This document shows, one piece after another, positions 9,301 through 17,357 of a stretch of 26,450 nt of DNA; position 1 is the stretch's first letter, and each line of letters starts with the position of its first letter. Both the position numbers and the translations under genes were made by a program. Location: the IMG/VR virus record IMGVR_UViG_3300037280_000023, positions 1 through 26,450 of that record. One strand, given 5' to 3'. The notes below the pieces were generated by a model. It ran no database searches. It was not told the DNA's origin and worked only from the letters and a program-made list of their open reading frames with translations. Source of the DNA: a virus (lineage: Duplodnaviria; Caudoviricetes).

Positions 9301-9813
9301 GCCCAGGTTGGAGTCCGCCTCGCTGGAGTTCCTGAGGATGAAGCCGTAGTTGGCCGACCCGTGGAACATGGCGTTTACAGCATCGGTAACATCGACGGTG
9401 ATCCACTGGTGATTTGTACCGGGGCCAGTGAATGCCTTAGACGCCTGGTTCGTTCCGGTGTACGCGCCCGCGCGGTTATTCCAGGAGTATGTGGTGTTGG
9501 TCCACACGCCTTCCGATCCAGCCGACTCGCCCCAATCCGAAGTCATGCGGTCAGCATACAGCGTACGAGAGCCGTTGCCTCCGTAGCAGTGGTTGCCGCT
9601 TCCGGTAAGGTGAGCGATGGGCAGATACAGCGTCGCTGAGTTGATGGAGATAACCCCAGCGAAGTTCAGCGGGTAGTACACGAATGAGCGAGCGACGTAG
9701 CTTCCGCCGTAGAACAAGCCAACTGGCAAGTGGTTGTCGAAGCCATTCCATGAGTTGCTGGATGACTGGATGGCCGTAGCATCCTTGGAGCAGTAGATCG
9801 TTGCTGTTGTCAT
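6340..9813 (-). CDS. large minor tail protein: DNRLRE-like N-terminal domain, about 8 FN3/Ig-like repeats, C-terminal Dit-like domain
   Basis: Directly after the tape measure gene; ~100-aa repeats with LTPT..Y.I.VY..DG.T..WDSG..Y.W; C-terminal EVFEPLG..K.IV.G....EGSL...ILKSPFG..WYV...WIEV. Confidence 0.75.
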   Translation of the reverse strand: MTTATIYCSKDATAIQSSSNSWNGFDNHLPVGLFYGGSYVARSFVYYPLNFAGVISINSATLYLPIAHLTGSGNHCYGGNGSRTLYADRMTSDWGESAGSEGVWTNTTYSWNNRAGAYTGTNQASKAFTGPGTNHQWITVDVTDAVNAMFHGSANYGFILRNSSEADSNLGLEFFSRHVGGYTSYIVLDYSTNTTPLAPTSLAPTGDALNNNLTPTLTGSHADGGDGDTMGSYEIILYEDDGTTQKWDSGAVSATGATTFSKAYSGTSLTGNLFYRWKARTCDTAGAWGPYSALQRFKVNSVPNTPGVSISGTASDENTLTPTLYVTHSDPDASDSQMYGYQIVVTRTSDNATMWDTGQVTCTPRSTLSLTYAGTDLAWGVGYTFKAKTQDSNGAWSASFSSPLSFTTHAAGVPVSPLPTGGIVTTPTPAFTGSRASSADSLTSAQVRVYANDGTTLLWDSGTFTTGVTSTGFSIAYPGSPVLAWSTDYKWQAVVTSSAGGTSAWSAMQDFTIQSSGDVQCNAPLGSPITTLTPHFMFSRATNYNRYQLIVYKADGVTSHWASGVVTVSSGASTDYTYAGTALTWNTAYKWKLQVSSDGGATWGNGYSGLQSFITDSAGTPTLTAPINDSWQTTLTPTFTGTTFGSEVISTFRVYVYAVDGVTLIWDSGNSAGASTSFSKVYAGSALVAGVSYKWTASYVKASGAPGDVAPKGGFHINAAPSSPSNLVPVTGAVIADTLTPNLSAVFEDSDKSAWGDTPTNFEVEVYRNSDSTLMFTLNKTSLVAGNNSVKEGEGGTTKTGASTLSYNVAYKARFRYTDSKSAVGAWSSYVVFTCSHAPTAAISTPGATIVAPGFTTGWSFSSASSKAQGWYRVKVVRAADNAPMYDSTQQASASASHAVPAGYLQNNTGYIVSVQVWDVDGLTSPVYTTTTASAWTAPGAPGSLSPTNSEETSSILLEWDQSNLSAADFSRYRVYRRAYGTTAWTILTELMTLSQNSYTDYTAGQEVLYQYKVTAFKKVAGDIDLESPDSDVVTVALVSDVWFVVGADASHIFELPVTAESHTVPIQQEVFEPLGTSRKVIVRGKVLGSEGSLTILWKDSERVDAQTKLSYLTDNRGPHILKSPFGDVWYVEFAGPAKKYQGGGALQVDISWIEVA

Positions 9814-12800
9814 TACGCCACCGCCGCCATGCGCTCAAGTGACTGCACAAGAGCACCGCTGTTGAGAAGCCCCGCGATCTGCGAAGCGTCAAGACGAGTC
9901 ACGCTGCCGTCAGGAGAGGTAACCTCGACCTGTAGCTTGATCGTGCGTGTGTTGTCAGATGAGACATTGAGCTTGTTGAACATTTCGGTTACCTTGCTGG
10001 ACGGAATGACAAGCTCTCCTGCCTGTAGAACCGTAGGCACTTCCTGACCAAGAGGACCAGGCACGATGCCGCCCCGGTGGAGCTTGACTAGGGGGATGTG
10101 TCCAAGGTGCAGGCCGTTGAAGTCGTACTTGACCGGTCCGACTTCGATGTGTACCTGGATGCCATTGATGCCGTCGATGGCTGCGTTGATCACGCCAAGG
10201 ACCGCGTTGATGGCTCCAGCGATGATGCCCTTGATGCCTCCGAACACGCTACCTACGACGGTACCGATACCCTCGAACATCGTCTTCACGGCGTCGATGC
10301 CGACGCGCAGTCCGGTCTGAACGATCTCCCATGCGCCGCTGATGATCCCCTTGATCGTTTCGAACACACCGAAGACAACGGTCTTCACTGCGTCTAGGCC
10401 AGCGCCAACCACGCGACCAATCAACTTCAAAGAGTTGTCGATCTGTGTCTTGATGCCATCCCAAATAGATGAGACGATCCCAAGGATGTCATTCCAAGCC
10501 TTGCCCCAATCGCCCTTTAGGATGTCGGTGAAGACGCGGATGATGCCGGTGATCACGTCGATGAAGGTCTTGACGATGTTGGTGATAGTGTCGATGACGT
10601 AGGACACAATGCCCGCGATCACCTGGAACGCGTCACCGAACAACTGCATGAGCATCTGTAGGAACGGAGTCACTGCCTTCAAGATTGCGTCAACAACCGC
10701 CAGAAAGATGTCCTTGACGGCGGACACAATAGCGATCAGGTTGTTGAAGCCAGCGATCAACACGTTGCTGATGATGTCGGCAAGGGCCTGTAGAACAGGC
10801 ACGAGGATGCTCATGATAAAGTCGATCACGGGCTGGAAGAACTTGATGATGTCCTGTACGCGAGCGATAAGCGCGCCAACAAGATCAACGATAGCTCCGA
10901 TCAACGGCCCGAGCGCCTCGGCTACGGTTGTCACGAAGTTGCCGATAGATGAGGCCACCCATCCGATGGCCGGAAGCATCTTGTTGACGAAGACGTCAAC
11001 GAATGTCTGGCCAAGCGAGACAACATAGCCGAGCACGGTCTGGATCACGCCGATCACCATACGACCGAAGTCGTCGAACGGCTTGGCCACAGCCTGCAAA
11101 ACTCCAAGCACCTTAGCGCCGAAGTCAACGATGGCAGTGGCGACGGACTGGATGATGCCGACCGCAGTAGTGAAGGCGTCGCTGATCAACTTCCATGCGT
11201 TCTGTAGCTGAGGGACCAGCCATGCAAAGAAGTCGGACGCGCCCTTCACGAAGTCGCCAATGACCTTGGCGATTGTGTCGATCACAGGCGGAATGTTCTG
11301 AGCCAACCAGTCCATCACGAACTTGGTCTTGCCCTGAATGTCGCCCCAATTGTTGGTCCACGCCAAGTAGAGAAGGGCAACCACGGCAACGATGGCCAGG
11401 ATAATCTCAGGGATACCCGTTGACCATAGCGCGGAGCTAAACAGGTACGTGGACGCGGATAGGATGTTCATGGCCAAGGACGCGGCCTTCATTGCCTTGC
11501 CTAGCGCGAGGAACGCGCCGAAGGCGACGGTCGTAGCCCAAATGCCAGCAGACAGGCCCGAGTAGATAAGCAACGCATCGACGATGCCGACGAGAACCTT
11601 GTGGCCCTCGCGGTTCTTGTTTACCATGGCGATGGCGTCAGCGATCTTGTTGATCACGTCTGCGATCACCTTGAACGCACTTGTCGGAGCACCCTTAGCG
11701 CCACGCCCAAGGTTGCCAAGCCACTTCACAAAGTTGACGATGTTGTCGATGGCTTCCTTGATGATCGGACCCAGGACCCTGCCTAGGTGCTTGAATGCGT
11801 CGCTGATGCCACCTACGTTCTTGTAGAAGACATAGGCGACTCCCGCGACGACAGCCTCAAGGATCAGGAACGGGGCGATCAAGGAGATCAGGCCCACGCC
11901 CGCCTCCGTCAGAACGGTCTTGAACAGCAGCATTCCGCCAGCCGCAACCATCACGCTGCCGGTCAGGGCAAGGACAGATGATGCGATAGCAAGAACCTTG
12001 ACTGCGAAGTCAGCGATCTTCGGGTTCAGGCGCAGGAACAGGGTGAACTTCACGGCAACGCCAGACAACGCCTCCATCGCCGGAGTGGCAAACTTGGCAA
12101 CGGACTGTCCAGCCATCAGCATGATCGGCATGAGGCTGTTCTTGACAAGCCCAACGATGCCCTTCCAAGTAGAGGACATGTTGCCCCATGCGTCGCTGAA
12201 CGCCTTCTCGGCCCCCTCGGTCGTGTACTTGGCGTCCGCCCACATAGACGTGCCCGCCTTGACGGCGGCGGTCTGAGCGTTGATCAACGGGATGATCTGG
12301 CGGGCGGCGTTCTGCGTACCAACGATTGTGGTGATGTAGTTCAGCTTCTGCTGGTCGGTCAGCCCGTTTGTGGCCTTGGCCAGCAGGGTGACGAACTTCT
12401 CGATGCCGATGAACTTGCCCTTAGGGAAGACCAGCTTGTTGTAGCCGTCCTGTACATGCATGGTTGCAGCGAACAGGTCATTCATGGCCTTGATGCCCTT
12501 AGGGGCAGGGCGAACCATCTGCGTCAAGAACATACCCAAGCCACGACCAGCCATGGAGCCACGCTGGCCCAAGTCGCCCAAGATGCCCAGGGTACCGGCC
12601 ACTTCCTCGAACGAAACGCCCAAGGCATGCGCCATCGGGCCAACCATCTTGAATGACTCAACGAGGTCAGGCACTTCAAGGGCGGTCTTACGGCTGATCT
12701 GGTAGAACGCAGCCGAAACCTTGTTGACGTCGGAAAGGGCCATGCCGTACTGTGTGATAACGGCGTACACGCCCTTGGCCGTGGACTCGTAGTCAGTCTG

Positions 12801-13355
12801 CGTCATAGCAGCGAGCTTCAAGATCGAGACGGTCTGGCCCATGACCCTATTCAGGTCTTCCTGGGTCTTGATCGTCTGTCCTGTTGCGGAGCCCCACAAG
12901 TAGACGTCGTGCGCGATCTCGGCAGGCGTGAAGAAGCGTGTCTCGATGGCGGCGTCCTGCACGGCCACAGACAATGCCTGCATCTGGTCCTTAGTCATAT
13001 CGAGGGAGTTGGCTGCACGCTGCAAGCTGAACTCGTAGTCGCCCCAGGCGGTCACAGCGGACTTCAACGACTTGATGCCAGCCATGCCGACACCCTGCAT
13101 CATCGTTCCGGCCTGCATCACACGGTACGCAGCGCGATACACAGCGTCGTAGTCTGTCTGCACACCCTTCAACGCCTTGGACAGATCGTCCATGCTGCGG
13201 ATGTTCTGTAGCTGGAGCCTGCCGCCTGAAACCATCTGCTTCTGGACGTCGCCCATGGACTTATACTGGCCACGGACAGCACCGTTTAGCTGCTGGAGCG
13301 ACTGCATTCCATTTACGGAGAGAAGGATGCGGACCTGTACGTCCTGTGCGCCCAT
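9813..13355 (-). CDS. tape measure protein (TP901-family core)
   Basis: 1180 aa; core motif ESFKMVGPMAHALGVSFEEVAGTLGILGDLGQRGSMAGRGL; hydrophobic segments, long amphipathic W/F repeats, terminal HRGGIVPG...LQAGELVIP; follows the chaperone genes. Confidence 0.95.
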   Translation of the reverse strand: MGAQDVQVRILLSVNGMQSLQQLNGAVRGQYKSMGDVQKQMVSGGRLQLQNIRSMDDLSKALKGVQTDYDAVYRAAYRVMQAGTMMQGVGMAGIKSLKSAVTAWGDYEFSLQRAANSLDMTKDQMQALSVAVQDAAIETRFFTPAEIAHDVYLWGSATGQTIKTQEDLNRVMGQTVSILKLAAMTQTDYESTAKGVYAVITQYGMALSDVNKVSAAFYQISRKTALEVPDLVESFKMVGPMAHALGVSFEEVAGTLGILGDLGQRGSMAGRGLGMFLTQMVRPAPKGIKAMNDLFAATMHVQDGYNKLVFPKGKFIGIEKFVTLLAKATNGLTDQQKLNYITTIVGTQNAARQIIPLINAQTAAVKAGTSMWADAKYTTEGAEKAFSDAWGNMSSTWKGIVGLVKNSLMPIMLMAGQSVAKFATPAMEALSGVAVKFTLFLRLNPKIADFAVKVLAIASSVLALTGSVMVAAGGMLLFKTVLTEAGVGLISLIAPFLILEAVVAGVAYVFYKNVGGISDAFKHLGRVLGPIIKEAIDNIVNFVKWLGNLGRGAKGAPTSAFKVIADVINKIADAIAMVNKNREGHKVLVGIVDALLIYSGLSAGIWATTVAFGAFLALGKAMKAASLAMNILSASTYLFSSALWSTGIPEIILAIVAVVALLYLAWTNNWGDIQGKTKFVMDWLAQNIPPVIDTIAKVIGDFVKGASDFFAWLVPQLQNAWKLISDAFTTAVGIIQSVATAIVDFGAKVLGVLQAVAKPFDDFGRMVIGVIQTVLGYVVSLGQTFVDVFVNKMLPAIGWVASSIGNFVTTVAEALGPLIGAIVDLVGALIARVQDIIKFFQPVIDFIMSILVPVLQALADIISNVLIAGFNNLIAIVSAVKDIFLAVVDAILKAVTPFLQMLMQLFGDAFQVIAGIVSYVIDTITNIVKTFIDVITGIIRVFTDILKGDWGKAWNDILGIVSSIWDGIKTQIDNSLKLIGRVVGAGLDAVKTVVFGVFETIKGIISGAWEIVQTGLRVGIDAVKTMFEGIGTVVGSVFGGIKGIIAGAINAVLGVINAAIDGINGIQVHIEVGPVKYDFNGLHLGHIPLVKLHRGGIVPGPLGQEVPTVLQAGELVIPSSKVTEMFNKLNVSSDNTRTIKLQVEVTSPDGSVTRLDASQIAGLLNSGALVQSLERMAAVA

Positions 13356-13369
13356 GGCTACCTACTGAA

Positions 13370-13443
13370 ACGCGAAAAGAGGCCCACCCTGTACCCTCAA
13401 ATGTAGCGATAACGCTATAGTTGATGATACGCGGATGGGCCTC
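13370..13443 (-). promoter_or_regulatory. long hairpin plus short U tract before the tape measure gene (attenuator or processing site)
   Basis: GAGGCCCATCC...GGGTGGGCCTC closes a ~65-nt imperfect stem (inner TCAA/TTGA, TAGCG/CGCTA), followed by TTTTCGCGTTT. Confidence 0.6.
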
Positions 13444-13446
13444 CTG

Positions 13447-13755
13447 TTACTTGGCTAGTTGCTTGGCTGCTGCGGCGTTCTCGCCCTGCCGGAAACCCTC
13501 GAACATGTCGATGGTCCAACACGGTTGATCGAGTGCGCCACCTTCGTCAGGGAAGTGACTGAACCCGGTCACGAAGCGGACCACCTTATGGTCAATCTTC
13601 TTGCCGCCGTCCTTTTGCACTTCCATGTGGAATAGCTGCTGATCCCTGCACAGGTTGTACAGGTCGAAGGCCCTCGCTACGCGGGGATAGTTGGCACGGA
13701 GGTTCTCCGTGTGCTGTCCCTCAGCAGACAGACGTGCGAGGTCTAAGCCTTTCCC
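13447..13755 (-). CDS. tail assembly chaperone -1 frameshift extension (gpGT-like)
   Basis: The -1 frame from G GGA AAG (13749-13755) is open for ~100 codons (GLDLARLSAEG...HFPDEGGALDQPCWTIDMF...QLAK) to TAA at 13447-13449; missing from the ORF track. Confidence 0.88.
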   Translation of the reverse strand, partial: GKGLDLARLSAEGQHTENLRANYPRVARAFDLYNLCRDQQLFHMEVQKDGGKKIDHKVVRFVTGFSHFPDEGGALDQPCWTIDMFEGFRQGENAAAAKQLAK

Positions 13756-14093
13756 ACTTCTTCCTTGGTTGGCACCATGGTGGCGAAGTGCTCTGCCAGC
13801 TTAGTGTCGATCAGGTCCGTGCCCTCCGGCTCAAGGGACAGGTAGTTCTCGGCGGTGACTTCATCGTCGAGTGACCATCCGGTCACGAGCGCAACGAACA
13901 GGTCAGTCTGGAACGCCAGGCCCTCCTGAGGGGTCAGCCCCGTCTCCTGCACATCGGGGCGCGATGGCATGAGGTCGAACAGACGGTTGCGGTCGCGCTT
14001 GGAGACTTCCCCGCGGACCTCGATCCATTCCGTCTCGTCGTCGGTCAGGAAGATGCGCTTGGTTGCTGTAGATGCCTTGCGAAGTAGAGCCAT
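13743..14093 (-). CDS. tail assembly chaperone (gpG-like)
   Basis: ATG at 14093 after GGGAGGACGAGG; lies between tail tube and tape measure; ALVTGWSL motif; ends in the slippery GGGAAAG. Confidence 0.88.
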   Translation of the reverse strand: MALLRKASTATKRIFLTDDETEWIEVRGEVSKRDRNRLFDLMPSRPDVQETGLTPQEGLAFQTDLFVALVTGWSLDDEVTAENYLSLEPEGTDLIDTKLAEHFATMVPTKEEVGKA

Positions 14094-14114
14094 GTTTCCT
14101 CGTCCTCCCGTTGT

Positions 14115-14147
14115 GTGTGGGGGCCGCTTATGAGGCGACCCCCGCAC
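14115..14147 (-). promoter_or_regulatory. GC-rich hairpin after the tail tube gene (mRNA stabiliser or weak terminator)
   Basis: GTGCGGGGGTCGC-ctcataa-GCGGCCCCCACAC, with no U tract. Confidence 0.5.
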
Positions 14148-14158
14148 CGCTTATTGGC

Positions 14159-15115
14159 TTACGCCAGGCCAGCCGCCGCAGCGCTCTGGCTTGTCACCCA
14201 TGTGACGTTGACGATGTTCTGACCGTCGGCACGGGTAACCAGGCAGTCGATGGACTGCTCAAGCTGCCCTGTGCTGATCGGAACACCGGCCTTGTTGTAC
14301 TGGACCTTCGGGATGCCGATCACCAACGTGTACTTGTTGGTGGTTGTCGGGATCGTCGGACCTTCAAGGTGAAGCTCAACGGCGAACTCGTCTGCATTCA
14401 TGAAGCGGTCGTACTCCGCAGTGTCTGCGAAGTCGAAGGTCATGGACAAGCCGACGTCACGCATGCCAGCGGACATGCGCTTCCAAGCACGCGTCTTGCG
14501 AAGCGTACCTGCGCGCTCCAGGTTGTTGCCGATGGTGAACGAGAAGTCCTTCACCGTGCCCGAAGCTGAGCCAGCGATCTTGATACTGGAGCCGGAGAAG
14601 TGGAACGGCAGGATCGAGCTTGGGGTTGCACTGCCAGTAGCGCTCACACGCTTCTCGCGGTTCAGACCCTCAAGGCCCCATGACGAGGTTACGATCTCGC
14701 CGTACGCGCTCTTGATCTCCAGGGTGTTGACGCGGACGCCCGCGTAACGCATGATCAGGATGCCAGCCGCGCTGGACTCGAACGAAAGCGTCTTCTCGGA
14801 GTTGTCCGGGGTGAAGACGTGCTGGTAGCCGCCGCCAGCGTAGGCCGAGCTAACGACCGTAGCCGTCAGGGCTGAGAGAAGCAGCGGGCCAATGTCCACA
14901 ACCGGCAGGTCCACTTCCATCGAGCCGGACACGTTGTACGGAGCGGCGAGAGCGATGCTGCGGTCACGGCTTCCCCGCACCTGATCCGGCACGATGAAGT
15001 CGTTGCTGTCTTCGAAGCTGAATGTGTTGACGGGGAGGAAGAAGGTCGGCGTTACGCTCGAACCCTCAGTAACCTCGACACCGTATCCGACGTAACCAAG
15101 TGCGCCTAGTGCCAT
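14159..15115 (-). CDS. major tail tube protein
   Basis: N-terminal YVGYGVEVTEG..VTPTFF, VSGSME, YQHVFTP, RYAGVRVNTL, FSFTIGNNL; followed by hairpin, chaperone and tape measure; no sheath gene in the operon. Confidence 0.88.
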   Translation of the reverse strand: MALGALGYVGYGVEVTEGSSVTPTFFLPVNTFSFEDSNDFIVPDQVRGSRDRSIALAAPYNVSGSMEVDLPVVDIGPLLLSALTATVVSSAYAGGGYQHVFTPDNSEKTLSFESSAAGILIMRYAGVRVNTLEIKSAYGEIVTSSWGLEGLNREKRVSATGSATPSSILPFHFSGSSIKIAGSASGTVKDFSFTIGNNLERAGTLRKTRAWKRMSAGMRDVGLSMTFDFADTAEYDRFMNADEFAVELHLEGPTIPTTTNKYTLVIGIPKVQYNKAGVPISTGQLEQSIDCLVTRADGQNIVNVTWVTSQSAAAAGLA

Positions 15116-15124
15116 AGTCGTTCC

Positions 15125-15607
15125 TTACGCCTCTCGGCTGTATTGCTTCTGAACCAGAAGCGTGATGGAGGCGGACTTGGCGATCACCGAGCCGCGCACC
15201 TGTCCTGTGTAGTCCGTGTTCGTCACCTTGACGTCGAGCACTCCCTCCTGCCCATCAAGCTGCCTGTTAGCCAGCCTGCGTAGCCACTTTCGAAGGTTGC
15301 CCATAGTTTGCACGCGCTTGCGATCCCCGTTGGCTTCGTTTGCGGAGGCGTTGAAGTCGTCTCGCGCATCCTGTAGAAGCTGAACGGTTACCTCAAGCTC
15401 ACGACGCTCACTGCCCATGTTCTCGCTCAGAGGCGAGTCACGCACAGGTTCAATGACGAAGCAGGGATAGTCGAAAGCGGGGATGATGCCAGGATCGCCC
15501 CAAAAGACGGCCTGGATTGGCAGGGTGTCGTAGCAACCGCCGTATGCGGCAGCCACTCCCATGAAGCTACTTAGCTCGCTGGATAGCTTGTCGATTACTG
15601 CTTCCAT
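15125..15607 (-). CDS. tail terminator / tail completion protein
   Basis: Position just upstream of the tube gene; 160 aa; DYPCFVIEP motif. Confidence 0.65.
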   Translation of the reverse strand: MEAVIDKLSSELSSFMGVAAAYGGCYDTLPIQAVFWGDPGIIPAFDYPCFVIEPVRDSPLSENMGSERRELEVTVQLLQDARDDFNASANEANGDRKRVQTMGNLRKWLRRLANRQLDGQEGVLDVKVTNTDYTGQVRGSVIAKSASITLLVQKQYSREA

Positions 15608-16149
15608 TAGAGCCCCTTGCTCCAGCTAGCGAGCACATCGTCAGTGATCCACTCGACCAGTCCGGTACGGGCAGCGCCCAAGACGGACTTGTCAACAAAC
15701 CAGAACTGGCGTGCCGGGTGCTCCGCAGTGTTGTACTGATTGGACACCTTCCAGCCCTTAGCTACGATCACTGCCTGTCCGTCAGTGACGGTCAGCGTTG
15801 ACGTAGTGGATGGGCCTCCATAGGTGTCTGCGTAGGTTCCTGTGCCGGAGTCGCGTGCGTTCGTAACGAAATCCACAACCGCCTTACGCAACGCTCCGCT
15901 GCGCTCAAGGATGGGATGCGTCGGGGAGAAGCCCTGCGACTCTCGGATTGCCTGTGTCATTTCTGCCAGGGCAGGCCATCCGCCAACCATCTGACCTTCC
16001 TCGTCGAAGTTCTTCTTCCACACGTCTCCGATGCGGCGAACGATCTTGACTAGGCCAGCCTTGTTGTGCGACAAGTCACTCTGCAAGCGATCCAAGCGAG
16101 CCATCATTTGTGGGTAGCCCGATGTTGCGATTGCAATTTGCATTGTCAT
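15607..16149 (-). CDS. neck / virion morphogenesis protein (Mu gpG / HK97 gp10-like)
   Basis: KNFDEEG...WPALAE.T...PILERSGALR and HPARQF motifs. Confidence 0.78.
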   Translation of the reverse strand: MTMQIAIATSGYPQMMARLDRLQSDLSHNKAGLVKIVRRIGDVWKKNFDEEGQMVGGWPALAEMTQAIRESQGFSPTHPILERSGALRKAVVDFVTNARDSGTGTYADTYGGPSTTSTLTVTDGQAVIVAKGWKVSNQYNTAEHPARQFWFVDKSVLGAARTGLVEWITDDVLASWSKGL

Positions 16150-16704
16150 TTACGCCACGCCCTTGCGCCTGTAGCCGTCGAGTAGCTCCCCGATCTGTTC
16201 GCTGCTCAAGGCAACGAGATCGCTGTTGTCCTTACCGGACGGTGTGGCGAAAGTGGGCTGCATCAACTCCGTTACCCACAGCCCACAAGCATGCTTGATC
16301 GGCCCGGGGATCGTGGTGTAGCCAGCCTTGTATGTGATCGTGTAATGCCTTCCAAAGATGAAAGGCCCGCCTGGGACGTTCGCCTTCCAGCGAAGCCTGC
16401 CTGACGAGTACAAGAAGAAGTTGCTGTGGTCGTGCTCACCGGTCTGTCCGCTGTCGTCTTCCCAGGCCACCTTTGTGATCTCTGCGACGGGGTACTGGCG
16501 AAGGACTGTCTCGACGTTGTTGCGGCCATCGAACATCGGGTCGGTTACCTCTGCCTGCGCGATGATGCGCTTACAGTAGTTCTCGATCTGAGTAGAGGCG
16601 GTGTCAATGTAGCTCTGGATGGCTGCGTCGCCAAACTTGTCCAGAAGCCTGTCCTGCAACCCAAGGGGCAGGGCCTTGAACTCTGCTACGGTGACGAAGC
16701 CCAT
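16150..16704 (-). CDS. head-tail adaptor (SPP1 gp15 / HK97 gp6-like)
   Basis: FVTVAEFK, IDTASTQIENYC.R, LRQYPV, ITYKAGY..IP..IKHA, LLDGYRR. Confidence 0.88.
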   Translation of the reverse strand: MGFVTVAEFKALPLGLQDRLLDKFGDAAIQSYIDTASTQIENYCKRIIAQAEVTDPMFDGRNNVETVLRQYPVAEITKVAWEDDSGQTGEHDHSNFFLYSSGRLRWKANVPGGPFIFGRHYTITYKAGYTTIPGPIKHACGLWVTELMQPTFATPSGKDNSDLVALSSEQIGELLDGYRRKGVA

Positions 16705-17069
16705 TACTGTGTCCTTTCATGCAGGTACCGTCCTGCCTTGACAAGCAGGTCTTCGTTGTCGCAGAATTGACCCAACCCTGTGTTGCACTTCTTGCACAGA
16801 AGTCCACGCACTGCGCCTGTGTCGTGATCATGGTCTACGCGCACGGCATTGGGGCGCTTCCAGCTAGCGGTGTCGCAGTCAAGCTCGACCAAGCAGATGG
16901 CGCAACGTCCACCCTGCTGAGCAAGCAGCCCTGCGAAGTCACTCCCCGTGAGGCCGTACTTGACAAGACGACGATATTCAGGTGTGTTGTTGTTATTCCA
17001 ACCCTCGCGCCGAGACAGGTAGTACGCTCGATTGTACTTCTTGGCGTCATCCTTGTCCTTGAAGCCCAT
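16704..17069 (-). CDS. endonuclease VII-family (His-Me) nuclease, probably a free-standing homing endonuclease
   Basis: KYGLT..DF..LL..QGGRCAIC, VDHDHDTGAVRGLLCKKCNTGLG.F.DN..LL..A..YL. Confidence 0.92.
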   Translation of the reverse strand: MGFKDKDDAKKYNRAYYLSRREGWNNNNTPEYRRLVKYGLTGSDFAGLLAQQGGRCAICLVELDCDTASWKRPNAVRVDHDHDTGAVRGLLCKKCNTGLGQFCDNEDLLVKAGRYLHERTQ

Positions 17070-17357
17070 TTACGCCCTCGGCTTTCGTAGGTTGGCGTTA
17101 CGCAACGCCGACATGCGCTTTCGAACGCCTGCGAGCTTCTTGCGCATCGTGATCTTGAGTGTGTGTGGCGAATGCTTGTGAGCTACGGCCCGCTGCACTG
17201 CCTTGAACGGACTGGTGAAGCGAGGTAGCGGCTTGCGAGCACGGATCACCGGCTTGCGTCGCGGCTGATCCTTACCGGCGCTAAATGCCGAGTGCTTCTT
17301 GACCTTGAACTGGCCGTTCGCCTTCCGGGGCTTGCGCGGCGTCCTTGCAAGCGTCAA
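17070..17357 (-). CDS. highly basic Lys/Arg-rich protein
   Basis: AAGGAGG SD 6 nt before TTG; TAA-ATG coupling to the next gene; about one third K/R and a single acidic residue. Confidence 0.65.
   Translation of the reverse strand: MTLARTPRKPRKANGQFKVKKHSAFSAGKDQPRRKPVIRARKPLPRFTSPFKAVQRAVAHKHSPHTLKITMRKKLAGVRKRMSALRNANLRKPRA

Noticed and set aside
4034-9813. Diversity-generating retroelement or invertible tail-fibre cassette
   Set aside because: No reverse transcriptase, recombinase or near-identical nucleotide repeat seen in the window; the repeats are diverged protein domains.
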